From Candidatus Micrarchaeia archaeon (GTDB lineage Archaea > Micrarchaeota > Micrarchaeia > CAILAH01), in contig JAVZCB010000002.1 of NCBI GenBank assembly GCA_038874595.1, forward strand, positions 32,001 to 96,000: DNA of 64,000 nt, read 5' to 3'. The translations under genes were made by a program, and so were the position numbers. How positions within the stretch are numbered: position 1 is the stretch's first letter; each line of letters opens with the position of its first letter. The notes below the pieces were generated by a model. That model was not told the DNA's origin. It did not search any database and saw only the letters and a program-made list of their open reading frames with translations. Positions 39,737-50,800 of the stretch are shown here, in pieces.

Positions 39737-40603
39737 TCATATTTCACTTTTTACGTGCATGCGCCCTAAAACGGTATCATAAGCAAGTACGTTATCTATT
39801 GTGGATGCCATCTTATTTATCATTTCCAAAACAAGGCCTTCCTCGGCAAGCGCAACTGCATCCTCAGGACTTATGCCCCTGCTGCACATATAATCGAGCT
39901 CCTGCCTGCCTAAATTCATTACAGATATGCCGTGCGATGCCTGGGAATCCCTGCTGTGTATTTTGAGTATCGGAAGTGCCTTTACGCTCGCGCCTGGCGC
40001 AACCATAAACCTGCCTTTCATACTCCCAACAACTTCATTTGTGCTTTTAGGAATGTATATCTCACCAGTGAAATTGCAATGTGACCCTGTGTGCAGCACG
40101 CCCGCGACATCAATTACACTTTGTGAATCCCTGCCAGCGTGCCTGACTGAGATGAATTGCTCTGTGCTTGTTTCTGGCCCAAACGGCCGTACAAGCGTGT
40201 TTGCACACACCTTTGATTTTTCATATGATACAAAAGTGGCCTTGCCTGCAAAATTTCCTTTGTGAGAGAGTATGTTATTTAATGTCAAACTGGAGTGCTC
40301 CTCAGCCGTCATCTTTGCGCCAAGTGTAGTATGTAAATTCTCCCCTTTAAAGTTGAGTGTTGTTGTACAGATTGCACTTTTGCCAATATCTGTGTAAAGG
40401 CAGAGGTTATGCTCTTTCTCGCGCGATTCGCTGATTATTGTGAGTGCTAGCCCTCCTTCATTGTTAACATTAATGTGTACATCACCTGAATAAAGAATAA
40501 CCAGTGTGGCAGATGCACGCACACCTGGCGGTATATCTATTGCTACTGAATGGTCCTTAAACGCGGCATACTGTGCATTCCCTACGAAATATCCCATCCT
40601 CAT
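39737..40603 (-). CDS. sufD: SufD-like Fe-S assembly protein (divergent)
   Basis: P.LKI...ASHG...YMCSRGI motif in the suf operon. Confidence 0.8.
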   Translation of the reverse strand: MRMGYFVGNAQYAAFKDHSVAIDIPPGVRASATLVILYSGDVHINVNNEGGLALTIISESREKEHNLCLYTDIGKSAICTTTLNFKGENLHTTLGAKMTAEEHSSLTLNNILSHKGNFAGKATFVSYEKSKVCANTLVRPFGPETSTEQFISVRHAGRDSQSVIDVAGVLHTGSHCNFTGEIYIPKSTNEVVGSMKGRFMVAPGASVKALPILKIHSRDSQASHGISVMNLGRQELDYMCSRGISPEDAVALAEEGLVLEMINKMASTIDNVLAYDTVLGRMHVKSEI

Positions 40604-40647
40604 ATTGGTTACCTCCTATCGCCGGTGGCCGGCAGCATCATAACCAT

Positions 40648-41472
40648 CTACCTTGATTGCGCTTTCGGTACAGACCTCTGCGATTTTGCGTTTAAACGCC
40701 GCTTGCTTGCATGTGGTGCATTACTAGCATTTATGATAGAGAACCCTTGCTTTTCAAGGAGTGCTGCAAGCTCGGGGCCTCCCTCTTTTGCAATTTTACC
40801 ACCCGCCATCAGGTAAACGCGTGTCGGTTTTATGAACTTAAGTATGGTTGGGCTATGTGTTATTAGGATTATGCCTGTGCCGGCTTTTGTACATTCAAGT
40901 ATTATGTGTGCAGCACGCTTGGCAGCATCCACATCCAGGCCGGAGTCGACTTCATCAAGCACTGCAAACTTTGGCTTTAACATAAGCATCTGTGCAAGCT
41001 CATTTTTCTTCCGTTCACCACCCGAGAACCCGGAATTGACAGGCCTGCTGTAAAAGCTTGCATCAAGGCCGGAGCGCATAAGCGCATCCTCAAACTTCTT
41101 CTTAAACGTGGCGGCATCATCCCCGCTCCCGTGCGCAAGCAGCGCCTGCCTCATAAAGTTTGAGTTTTTTATGCTCTCAATCTCAGGAGGGTTTTGAAAT
41201 GCTAGAAACAGGCCGGCACGTGCGCGCTTGTGCATTTCAATCCTTGATAGATCTTTTCCTGAAAGTAGTATCTTGCCTGAAACTGCATACTGGGGCATTC
41301 CCATAATGGCGTTTGCAAGCGTTGTCTTCCCGGAACCGTTCTGCCCCATTATCACATGAATTTCACCTGCACGAACTAATATCGAAATGTTGCGCAAGAT
41401 TTCTTTTTTACCTATGGAAACGCATAATCCCCTTATCTCAAGCGCGTCTTTTTTTATGTTTTTATTTACCAT
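40648..41472 (-). CDS. sufC: Fe-S assembly ATPase SufC
   Basis: GQNGSGKT, FSGGERKKNE, LDEVDSGLD. Confidence 0.96.
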   Translation of the reverse strand: MVNKNIKKDALEIRGLCVSIGKKEILRNISILVRAGEIHVIMGQNGSGKTTLANAIMGMPQYAVSGKILLSGKDLSRIEMHKRARAGLFLAFQNPPEIESIKNSNFMRQALLAHGSGDDAATFKKKFEDALMRSGLDASFYSRPVNSGFSGGERKKNELAQMLMLKPKFAVLDEVDSGLDVDAAKRAAHIILECTKAGTGIILITHSPTILKFIKPTRVYLMAGGKIAKEGGPELAALLEKQGFSIINASNAPHASKRRLNAKSQRSVPKAQSR

Positions 41473-41489
41473 GAGACCACCAATATATT

Positions 41490-42818
41490 TTATCCTGTGC
41501 TTCCCTCCATCTCTATCTGGATAAACCTGTTCAGCTCAATTGCATACTCAAGCGGGATTTCTGAGATTACTGGAGATATGAAACCACTAACGTAAAGCAT
41601 TATTGCATCCTGCCTCTTAATCCCCCTGCTTTCAAGATAATTGAGTTGCTCTTCTGAAATCCTACCGGCGCTTGCCTCGTGCACGTAAGATGTTCCTTTA
41701 GATTCAATTATATCAGAGTATGGAAATGTATCAGACTTTGCGCCGCGGCCAATCAGAAGTGAATCGCACTTCGTGGAGGATGTCGAGCCAACTGCACCCT
41801 TGCTCATCTTTACAAGCCCGCGGTATACTCCATAACCGCTGCCGATGCAGATGCCTTTTGATATCACGGTAGAATGGGTATTCGGTGCTGTGTGAATCAC
41901 CTTTGCACCACCTTCCTTAACAGTCCCGCTGCCTGCAAGCGTTATTGTAAGATGGCTTGCGCGCGCCCCCTCACCTAATAAAACGCTTGAAGGGTAAAGC
42001 ATTGATACTTTTGCACCGAGAGAACCGCCTATCCATTCCATAAGTGCATTCTTGCCTACAAACGCGCGTTTGGTATTGAGGTTGTAGATGTTTTTGCTCC
42101 AGTTTTGGACTGTTGAATACCTCACGTGGCTGTTCTCCTTTGCATAAACCTCAACAACTGCTGAGTGGAGCGCATTCTTATCATAAACTGGTGCTGAGCA
42201 CCCCTCAATATAGTGGACACTTGCACCTTTCTCTGCAATTATAATAGTATGCTCAAACTGCCCTTCGCGCTTTGCATTCATGAAAAAATACGCCTGCATC
42301 GGGACACCAATGCTGACACCGCGCGGCACATAAAGAAATGAGCCGCCGCTCCACACTGCGTAGTGGAGCATACTGAACTTGTTATCATTTACGGGGACTG
42401 CCTTGGCAAAGTACTGCCGTACAAGCCCTGGATGTTTCCTGACCGCCTCGTCAAGGCTTGAAAATATAACGCCCTTCCTTTCCCACTCCTCCCTAAGCCG
42501 CTCGTAAACACTTTCAGACTGGTATTGTGCAATTGAGCCGCCAAGAAGTGCCTTTTTTTCAATTTCCGGGAGACCCATCTTCTCGTACACCTTTCTTATG
42601 CTCTTCGGCACATCTTCCCACCTTGTGGCCCTGCCTGCATCAGGAGGGGTGTAATAATTTATTGAATTGAAATCCAGGGACTTTAGCGAAGGCACCTGCC
42701 ATTCCGGCATTCTTGCTTTGCTGAATTGCTCAAGTGCAGATAGGCGGATACGAAGCATCCACTCTGGCTCATTCTTAGCCTCTGATATCTCTTTTACGAG
42801 CGATTTGTTAAGCACCAA
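41490..42818 (-). CDS. sufB: Fe-S assembly protein SufB
   Basis: EPEWML, WSGGSF, GQFEHT, YIEGCSAP, PLEYAIELN; TTG start after GGGGA. Confidence 0.96.
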   Translation of the reverse strand: MVLNKSLVKEISEAKNEPEWMLRIRLSALEQFSKARMPEWQVPSLKSLDFNSINYYTPPDAGRATRWEDVPKSIRKVYEKMGLPEIEKKALLGGSIAQYQSESVYERLREEWERKGVIFSSLDEAVRKHPGLVRQYFAKAVPVNDNKFSMLHYAVWSGGSFLYVPRGVSIGVPMQAYFFMNAKREGQFEHTIIIAEKGASVHYIEGCSAPVYDKNALHSAVVEVYAKENSHVRYSTVQNWSKNIYNLNTKRAFVGKNALMEWIGGSLGAKVSMLYPSSVLLGEGARASHLTITLAGSGTVKEGGAKVIHTAPNTHSTVISKGICIGSGYGVYRGLVKMSKGAVGSTSSTKCDSLLIGRGAKSDTFPYSDIIESKGTSYVHEASAGRISEEQLNYLESRGIKRQDAIMLYVSGFISPVISEIPLEYAIELNRFIQIEMEGSTG

Positions 42819-42834
42819 TTAAATCCCCTATGCT

Positions 42835-43059
42835 TTACTCAACCTCAACTATGAACTTCTTCCTGTCAACAGGCACTATCCTTACAGTTTTTCCCTTTGC
42901 AATGCCCATATACTTTGCAAGGTCTTCTGGGACAGATATTATGAGGGACCTGCCTGAATAACTCACTTTCCTCTCAAAGAAGAGGTTTTTCTTTTGTATA
43001 TTATCAACACACCTCTCGCATGTTGAGCATTTGCCTTGTAATGAGCGCTGCACGGCCAT
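42835..43059 (-). CDS. AbrB/MazE/SpoVT-type DNA-binding protein with Cys-rich N-terminus
   Basis: RKVSYSGRSLIISVPEDL...GIAKG; CSTCERC at the N-terminus. Confidence 0.8.
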   Translation of the reverse strand: MAVQRSLQGKCSTCERCVDNIQKKNLFFERKVSYSGRSLIISVPEDLAKYMGIAKGKTVRIVPVDRKKFIVEVE

Positions 43060-43142
43060 TATATCACTGATTTAATTAGTGAAAGATAAGTATATAAACA
43101 TGAATTACCCAGATATGTCTCTACTTATCCTTGCGAGCCTTG

Positions 43143-44792
43143 TTATGTTTCTTGACAAGCAGAATCAGAAGATGTTGGTGCTTGCCCTTCCTTACCCTGA
43201 CATATCCCTGCAAGCTTCTGGTCTTTCCTCTTCTCTGCTTCAAGCCGTTCAAGATCATATTCTTTCATGTCAACAAACTGCATCGTGTCAGCAAGCAGCG
43301 GGTGGACCTCCTTTATTTTCCTATACATATCCTGTGCAATCCTCCTGTAATCCCTATGCCCCTGCCTTCCGCTTCTCAGCTCAATTAAATGGAAAGCCTC
43401 ACGCAGGTTCATCCTGATATACCACCTAACCTTGTACGCGAAAGGCACAACGTACTGGGCGTGAATTGGGGATAAGGAATGCAGGCTCCAGAATACACGG
43501 GCCGCATTTTCAAGCGCCTCCCTAAACTCGCTTTCGTACCCCGCATCATCTATTTCATAAGGGATATCATATCCGTGAGCAACCGTAAGAAGCTGCCTCT
43601 CTTGCGTAAGTATCCTGTGCCTATGAAGGTCCCTGTAAGCACCAAAGTTTGCTGTGATATCAAAGAGGTAATAAGTGTTCTCAAATGCGCGCCCCGGCTT
43701 ATGCCGCCTGTTTGTGCGGTTCCCAACATAATCGCGCAACACCTTAATCTTTTCATCATCAGTCATTGAATTGGCTATCTCGATACACTTTTGCATGCTT
43801 ACACCAGCAGAGCCAGAATAGAGAATTGCCGCAATCACCTTCTCAGTGCCATCTTTATCATAATCAGCAAGAAAAACCGGCTCCTGGCCCCCAAAAGGCC
43901 TTAGCTCCTTAACAAAAGAAGGATAACTGCTGCTCCCAAAAAATTGCACTGCCTCATCACCGTGCTTTGAGTATGCCCTCTTCAGAAAAACAGGAAACAC
44001 TTTGCTGAGCTCATCGTGCATTTTTCTGCCGAGATGAGTTATCTCGCTGAGTTTTGACGCGCGAGATTTTGTGATGAGATACTCAAATGCACGGCCGTTC
44101 CCGAACAGGCCCACATTAGTAAGCGTAGATGCAGGAAGAAGCCCGCGCAGCGTGTCACACACCTTTGCACGTATTGCTGACTCGTATGCACGCCCGCTTG
44201 TGCTCTCATCACGCGGAAACCTTTCCTCAAAGTATTGCTGCATCTTCGGCATGAGCGCGCTGTACGTATCAAAAAGAAGGTTGCATGCAGATATGTACTC
44301 ATCTGCGTATTTGGTGCCCATTATATACTCATCACGATAGAACTTGTAGTTACCGTTCACTTTTTCATTGAAATATACATACCTGCTCGACTTCTCGAGT
44401 GGTGATATGCCTATCCGCGCATCCTCAATAAACTTGGTTGCAAGGTTGCTTATATTCTCAAGTGCAATGTGTGCGCCTGCAAGCTCGGCAACTGAGTCGT
44501 CTCCGTATTCAACCAGAACACGCTCATAAAAATTATCTGCCTTTGAGATTGCACCCTCAAGCCTGGTATCAGAGCTGGCCTGGGGATGGAGCTCTTCCAA
44601 GCGGATTTCAGAACCGCTTATGAACTCATCAAGCAGGAGGCGCTTCAGGCTCTTTGGTGAGCGGCTGTACCGTGAGAACAGCGTCCCTTTAACAACTTCT
44701 GGCATGTTTATGAGCACAAAAACGTCACCATCAACGTTTGTGCAATATCTTGAAAGCGCAGATTTCTCAAAATCCGTAAATTCTTCTGGCAT
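43143..44792 (-). CDS. thyX: FAD-dependent thymidylate synthase (double-domain ThyX)
   Basis: YGDDSVAEL, EKSSRY, RDLHRHR, ELRS..QGH. Confidence 0.9.
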   Translation of the reverse strand: MPEEFTDFEKSALSRYCTNVDGDVFVLINMPEVVKGTLFSRYSRSPKSLKRLLLDEFISGSEIRLEELHPQASSDTRLEGAISKADNFYERVLVEYGDDSVAELAGAHIALENISNLATKFIEDARIGISPLEKSSRYVYFNEKVNGNYKFYRDEYIMGTKYADEYISACNLLFDTYSALMPKMQQYFEERFPRDESTSGRAYESAIRAKVCDTLRGLLPASTLTNVGLFGNGRAFEYLITKSRASKLSEITHLGRKMHDELSKVFPVFLKRAYSKHGDEAVQFFGSSSYPSFVKELRPFGGQEPVFLADYDKDGTEKVIAAILYSGSAGVSMQKCIEIANSMTDDEKIKVLRDYVGNRTNRRHKPGRAFENTYYLFDITANFGAYRDLHRHRILTQERQLLTVAHGYDIPYEIDDAGYESEFREALENAARVFWSLHSLSPIHAQYVVPFAYKVRWYIRMNLREAFHLIELRSGRQGHRDYRRIAQDMYRKIKEVHPLLADTMQFVDMKEYDLERLEAEKRKDQKLAGICQGKEGQAPTSSDSACQET

Positions 44793-44876
44793 AATTCTTT
44801 TTGTACCTAAACTATTATATGTGAAAACATCCAAAAACCTATATAACGAAAAATGCAAAATAAGGAAAAATAGCTA

Positions 44877-47800
44877 TTAGTGGTTGCTGAGCCATTGCAA
44901 TATCCTTGTGTACACCACGTATACCTTATCATTGAAAGTACCAATGTTGCCCTGGTTATACACCTGCACTGTTGGACCGCTTGGTGTATATGAAAGCGAC
45001 CTTGAAGTAACGTTAAGAGGTGCATCTGCAACCAGTGTGCCGCCAACATAAACCTGCAGGCTCGCATTATACTGCTCAGGCAACGGGCTCGGCTCAAGGT
45101 TTGGGCTGCCTGTAGGCACGAATGATATCAGCGCCGAACCGCTCGCAGTCGTGTTTGAATATCCAATACCTATGTTGGAGACGTTAGTGTTCGTGTACTG
45201 CGGGAGTGCTAACGGGGGCAGGCCGTTCTGCTCAGTAACCTGGACACGTGCGTTTGGTATCGGTACAAGAGTAATATGGTTTAGCACCGTTACGTTAAGG
45301 CCGTATGGCTTGCCTGCCCTCAACGGGTAATTATTGCCCACAACCGTACCGTTGGTGTATACTATAATGTTGAGCTTCTCACCACCGCCACTTCCACCAA
45401 GCGTGAGCCATTCCTTAACCCTTGAGTATACCCTGTACACATCATCATTGAAATAGCCTACGTTGCCCCTGTTCGGCACTGAAACCGCTGATGAATTCGC
45501 ATAAGGCAGGTTCCTGCGCGATACAGTCATTGCAACCGTACCTTTGTGAATGCCATTCTTATACGCCCTTACTGTTATGTTGTATGCACCTACTTTCTCA
45601 GCAAGCACCTCTGCAGCGCCTGTAGGAACAACTGTCAATGAGATATTACCGTGTCCATCGGTGTGCGATTTAGCATAAACATAGTTGCTGACGTTTGAGA
45701 CGGTATACTGCGGAAGGGCAAACGGCAGGTAGCCGTTATATTCATAAATCCTTACCTCGCTGTTCGGCACACCTGTTCCATTAAAGTACTTCAAGCGTAC
45801 TGTAAGGTTATACGGCTCACCTGAATTATAGAAAGATGTTGTCTGCTTCCCATCAACGAGCGTGATTATTGTGTAGGACGGCGATTCTGTGTATCCTGAG
45901 AATGAGGTGACACTAAACCTCATTGTATTTGGTGTCAGGCATACTTGCGAGGCTGGTGAGTACTCGTAACCGGCTGCCAATATTTCAGCCTTGCTCTTTG
46001 GGAAACCTTCCGCCCTAAGCACGCCAACACCACTTTCTGGACCGCAATCGCTCACATTAATCGTTATTGTAGCGCTCTTGTTGAGCTGTGCTGCACCAGA
46101 GTGTGAGCTGTTTAATGAGACAAACTCCTTATCGACTATGATGTTTGTCCCGTTTGTTAGGTATGCGTATGTGATGTTAGCAAAGCCCCATTTCACACAG
46201 CCAGCTTCTGAGCTGTCCACGCATACTGATAGGTTCGTGAAATTGTTCGAGTTAGCGAATGTTGTTGAATAACCTATGTAGAAAGACGCGTTATATATAA
46301 GAACATCTGATAACCTGTTAAACTCTGGTTGGTTTGCACCTGCAGATGAAAATATAATCATTGGGAACACGCTTAGTGCGGGGTCATGCATTGAAACATC
46401 AGAAATATTATTCCAGTCAGAATCCTGGTTAAAGTATATTGAAGCCATTGACCCATAAACTTCCCCTATATGGATATTGTTTGCAATGGCATTCTCCATC
46501 ACAATCCCGTATAGGTTGTCTCCAAATGTATTATTGGTAAGGTTTGCATAATGCGTCCTATAAACATATGCCCCTAAGAAATTGCCTTCTGACCTTGAGG
46601 CGTTTATTCTTGAGTGGTTGCTGAATAGGATTATAAGACCGTTGTTTTGCAGCGTATCTGAGCCACGCAATGTTGTGTTTGTAACATTCGCCCTTATCGC
46701 ACCGCAAAGCACAAGCTCTGAGTACTGGCCGTTAGCAAGGTTTGTCGGGACGTTTACAAAAAGTATCGGCCTGTTGCCAGAGCCGGTTACATTCTGCAAT
46801 GTTGTGTTACATATGGCATAGTATGGAGAATCGATAACTTGAAGATCCATCATGCCGCTCTCCTGTATTATGTCGTGTGCAAGCCTTGTACCTGTAAAAA
46901 TACCACCTATGTAAACACCTATCACAGATGAGTTGTACACCCTATTATAAAGAAGGTTATTGTAGTTTCCTCCTATTACAATTCCTCTTGAGGCAAAAAC
47001 TACCCTGTTCCAGGAAACATTATTCAAGGAGCTCTGGTCCAAAGAGATGCCATCATAACATCTTGTAATATTGTTTGATGAAACGTTGGCATAGTGGCTA
47101 TTCCTTATGTAAATCCCATTCCCATCAGAAGAACTGCAATTTACAATCTTGTTGTATGCAACCAGTGTCCTGTTTGAGTTTTGGTCAACAAATATGCCTT
47201 TTGATGTATTGTAAACAAAATTCCTTACGTGGCGGTTGCCTATTGCGTTCTGAGACATTATCGCGGCCGCTGTAAATCCAATGCCCCCACTAATATTTTG
47301 TATGGAGTTATCAGTGTAATTATTGTTATATGAGCCCAGGATCAATATGCCACCGGCAACATCGCGCCCTAACAGGTTATAGATGTGGTTATCATATATC
47401 GTGCTGTTTGTTGTGCCAAAATCTACTATGCCTCCCACCATTACACCAGACGCTGTTGCCGAGAGGTCCTTTATAGTGTTGCCTCTTATTGTAACATTAG
47501 ATAGATTGCCGGCTGACGGGCCACTAATCATCAAAATCCCAAATACCTTGCTTGAGGCCGGACCTGGCACATCTAACGTTATATTCCTTATCGTGTTATT
47601 AGCAATCACAAAGCCGCTGGATTTGTTCATGCTGTCTCCCAGTATTATTCCGCTTACGGTTTCACCATCATCAAGCTCGCTCCTGAAGTTCTCGATTGTG
47701 TTGTTAACTATCCAAATGTTGTTGAAGTGGTTGTAATTGTTTGCATCCTCGCCAAAATTGATACCGTGTGGCTGCTTGCCGCTGTCTGCTGTGAAATTCC

Positions 47801-50800
47801 TGAAAATGTTATCTAATATTAGGATGTTGCGGGCTGGATAGGCTGCTTCAAAACCTGCCCTGTAGTTCATGAAAGTGCAGTTGCGTATTGTTATATTCTC
47901 TATGTAGGCTGGCACACCGCTGTAAACAAACATTGCTGTGCCATTTCTGTTACCGATGAGCGTGCTGCCGTTGCAGTCAAGGCCAGATTTTGTAGTAAAC
48001 AAGAATAAGTAACCATCATTTGTTGAGTTCCAGAACGCAGGAATGTGATAGGTATCCTTACAAAGGATAATTGGTGCGTTAACCATAAGCTGGATGGGGG
48101 AAACGCCTGATATGTTAGTAAGCCTGCCCTCCCACGTGCTATTATCAGAAAGATTTACACATTGCAAAGTTTCTGCAAGCGGCCCGAACGGGCTGCTAAA
48201 GTTAGTAATCTCATACGCTGTTATGGTATTTAAGATTGGGTTTAGTTCCTGCCGTGCAATAAACCCTTTCCTCTGCCAAGAACCTGCGCTACTGCTGTAT
48301 TTCCATATCCTGATATCAAACTCTGAATGGCCAGGTGGGACCATAGTATCCTCATAGTAAAATGTTAAGTTAAGCCGCGAGGTGGGTGATGTGTTCTGGA
48401 TTTCCAGGAATAACGGTGGGGTGGCCAGCAAATGGTCAACACCAAACGGCAAAAGTGCAGACGGCATCGTTGTATTGGAAATCACCACATCAATATCACT
48501 AAATGAAATGTGTGTATGGTTAAACCTCGAATTGTTGACTAATGTATGGGATCCTTGCAACGAGATATAATATACCCTGTTCGTGAGGTTTACCTGGGAA
48601 ATGTTCATGTTGTTAAATGTGTTATTCTTAGATTGGGCGATGACCACTACACCTTCAGGTATGCCCCATCCCTGGTATACATAAAGCGGGTATCTCCCCG
48701 TAAGGTTTTGCAGCCTGATATTATCAAATATATTGTTCCACGCCCCAAACATAACGATTGATGGCACAACAACGGAATTTATACAGGAAACGTTTGAAAC
48801 CTGTGTATTGTTGGTAAACATCATATAAAGGCACTGCAAATTCTTATCAGATGTGGAATTGCTTATGCTAATGTTTTTGGACCATATGAGGTTAATTGCG
48901 CGCATGTTACCTACATAATCTGGCGGTAGAATAGGCAGAAAGGGGTCTACGTTATTTAGACGCTTAAAAGTGTTGTTGTACGCACGGGAATTCTGCGTAA
49001 CAAAGAATTTTATACCTTGGAGGGTCTCACCTGTGACGTTCCTCACAGTTACATTATCTGAAAATCCAATATATACAACGTGAGATACCGAAGTTATACT
49101 AAGATTTTCAAATATGACATTTGAACAATCAATGCACGCATAGTAACCGCCGTTAGTGTTTGTTTCAACATAGTTGTGCTTGTCGTTCCCTGCCCAAGAA
49201 CAATAGTAGTATATGGGCTTTCCATTTATTGTATTTGAAGTGTCTATGTCATGCTCAAAATAGTCGTGTACGATAGGGCCCATTACCTCCCCATCATCAT
49301 ATGCAAGCCCGAAGTTCTCAAAATTATTCACAAATTTGTTATTGCGCATTATAAAATGCTTGAACCGTATTCCGCTGCCTCTAAAATTGTTTGTTATGTT
49401 GTTGTCCTGGAGTGTTGTGTTATGGGCGTGGACGTAAAGTGCATGGAAGAGATTATCAAAAGAGCAGTTAGTTACCTTAAACTTTTCTGCATAGCCAATA
49501 AAGTAGTTGCCATAGGGGTCACTGCCCGGTATCCTGCCTTCTATCCCGCCAGTCATATTATAGAAAACTGAGCGGTCAATCCACACATTAGAGACATTTC
49601 CGTGGTTATGGAAGCATATGCCCCCATATTCTATCCCACCATTTGAGCAATTCAAGTATGATATGTTTACATTGTAAACATTCGGGTAAAGATAGATGTG
49701 GGCGCGGTCGCCAAATGCCGCCACGCTCGCGTTTGAGTAGGTAATGTTTACGTGCCTCATCCGTATGTTGTATGTGCCCCAGAACAGAACCGAGGTGATA
49801 TTGTTTTTATGGAAGGATGAGTTCTCTATCCTGATGTTTGTTGAGTTTGCAATCCTTACAACTGCGAGCGGGTTGAAGACATTATTATCCGTACTCGCCC
49901 TGTGCAGCGTGAATTTGCTGTTAGAGATTGTTAAATCATCTGCAAAAACAGCCTGAACAGACTTATTGTTGTTTGTGCTTGTTAAGTTGTCAATGAGAAC
50001 TGATTGGGTTGCGTTTGAAAGGTTGAGTACCATATAAGAGTTGAACACACTTGTATCTCTTATGCGCAAATCACGTGATATGCTGGTTTTATTGCCATAA
50101 ATGTAGAAAGCAGTCGTGCTATTAACCACCCAGCTGCCTGTGAAATTGATGTGTGATGAAGCGTTTACGGCAAATCCCTGCGGCGTATTATATATGCTGG
50201 TGCCGATAAGCTCTGACTGGTTCGTATCTATCAGCCATATTCCATAGAGGCAATTGCTTACATTGCTGTTGCTTAAGGTCAGGTTGTTAATGTTCCATTC
50301 TGAAATAAAGGCTAAATCACACCTCGTGAAATTATTGCCTGATACTTGGTTATGGTCAGAGTTCTGGGTTATCTCAACACATATGTTTGGGATATTATAA
50401 AACCTGTTGTTATTGAAGGCAGAATAGTTTGTGCTTATTATTAAGGCGCCCCTGCTTCCAAAGGAATGAATCCTGTTTAAATTAACCAGCGCATGTGCTG
50501 AGTTCTCAATGCGTATACCTGCACCGTTTGTGAAGTTGTAGATATCGTTTAGTGTCACGCGGTCGCGGGTGCCGTACTCAATGTTGATGCCATAAGTGCA
50601 GTTATAGATTGTATTGTTGAGGAAAGTATTGTTTGAGCCGTCCTTTGAATATATCCCAGTGCCTGCAAGGATGCTGAATATAGTGTTATTAGCAACAGTA
50701 TTGTTATGGCTGTTATCCATCTCTATCCCGTACTGTGTCCCGTTAAATATCATGTTTCCTATGATTGTGTTGTTATATGAAGGGTCCAGATAAATGCCTG

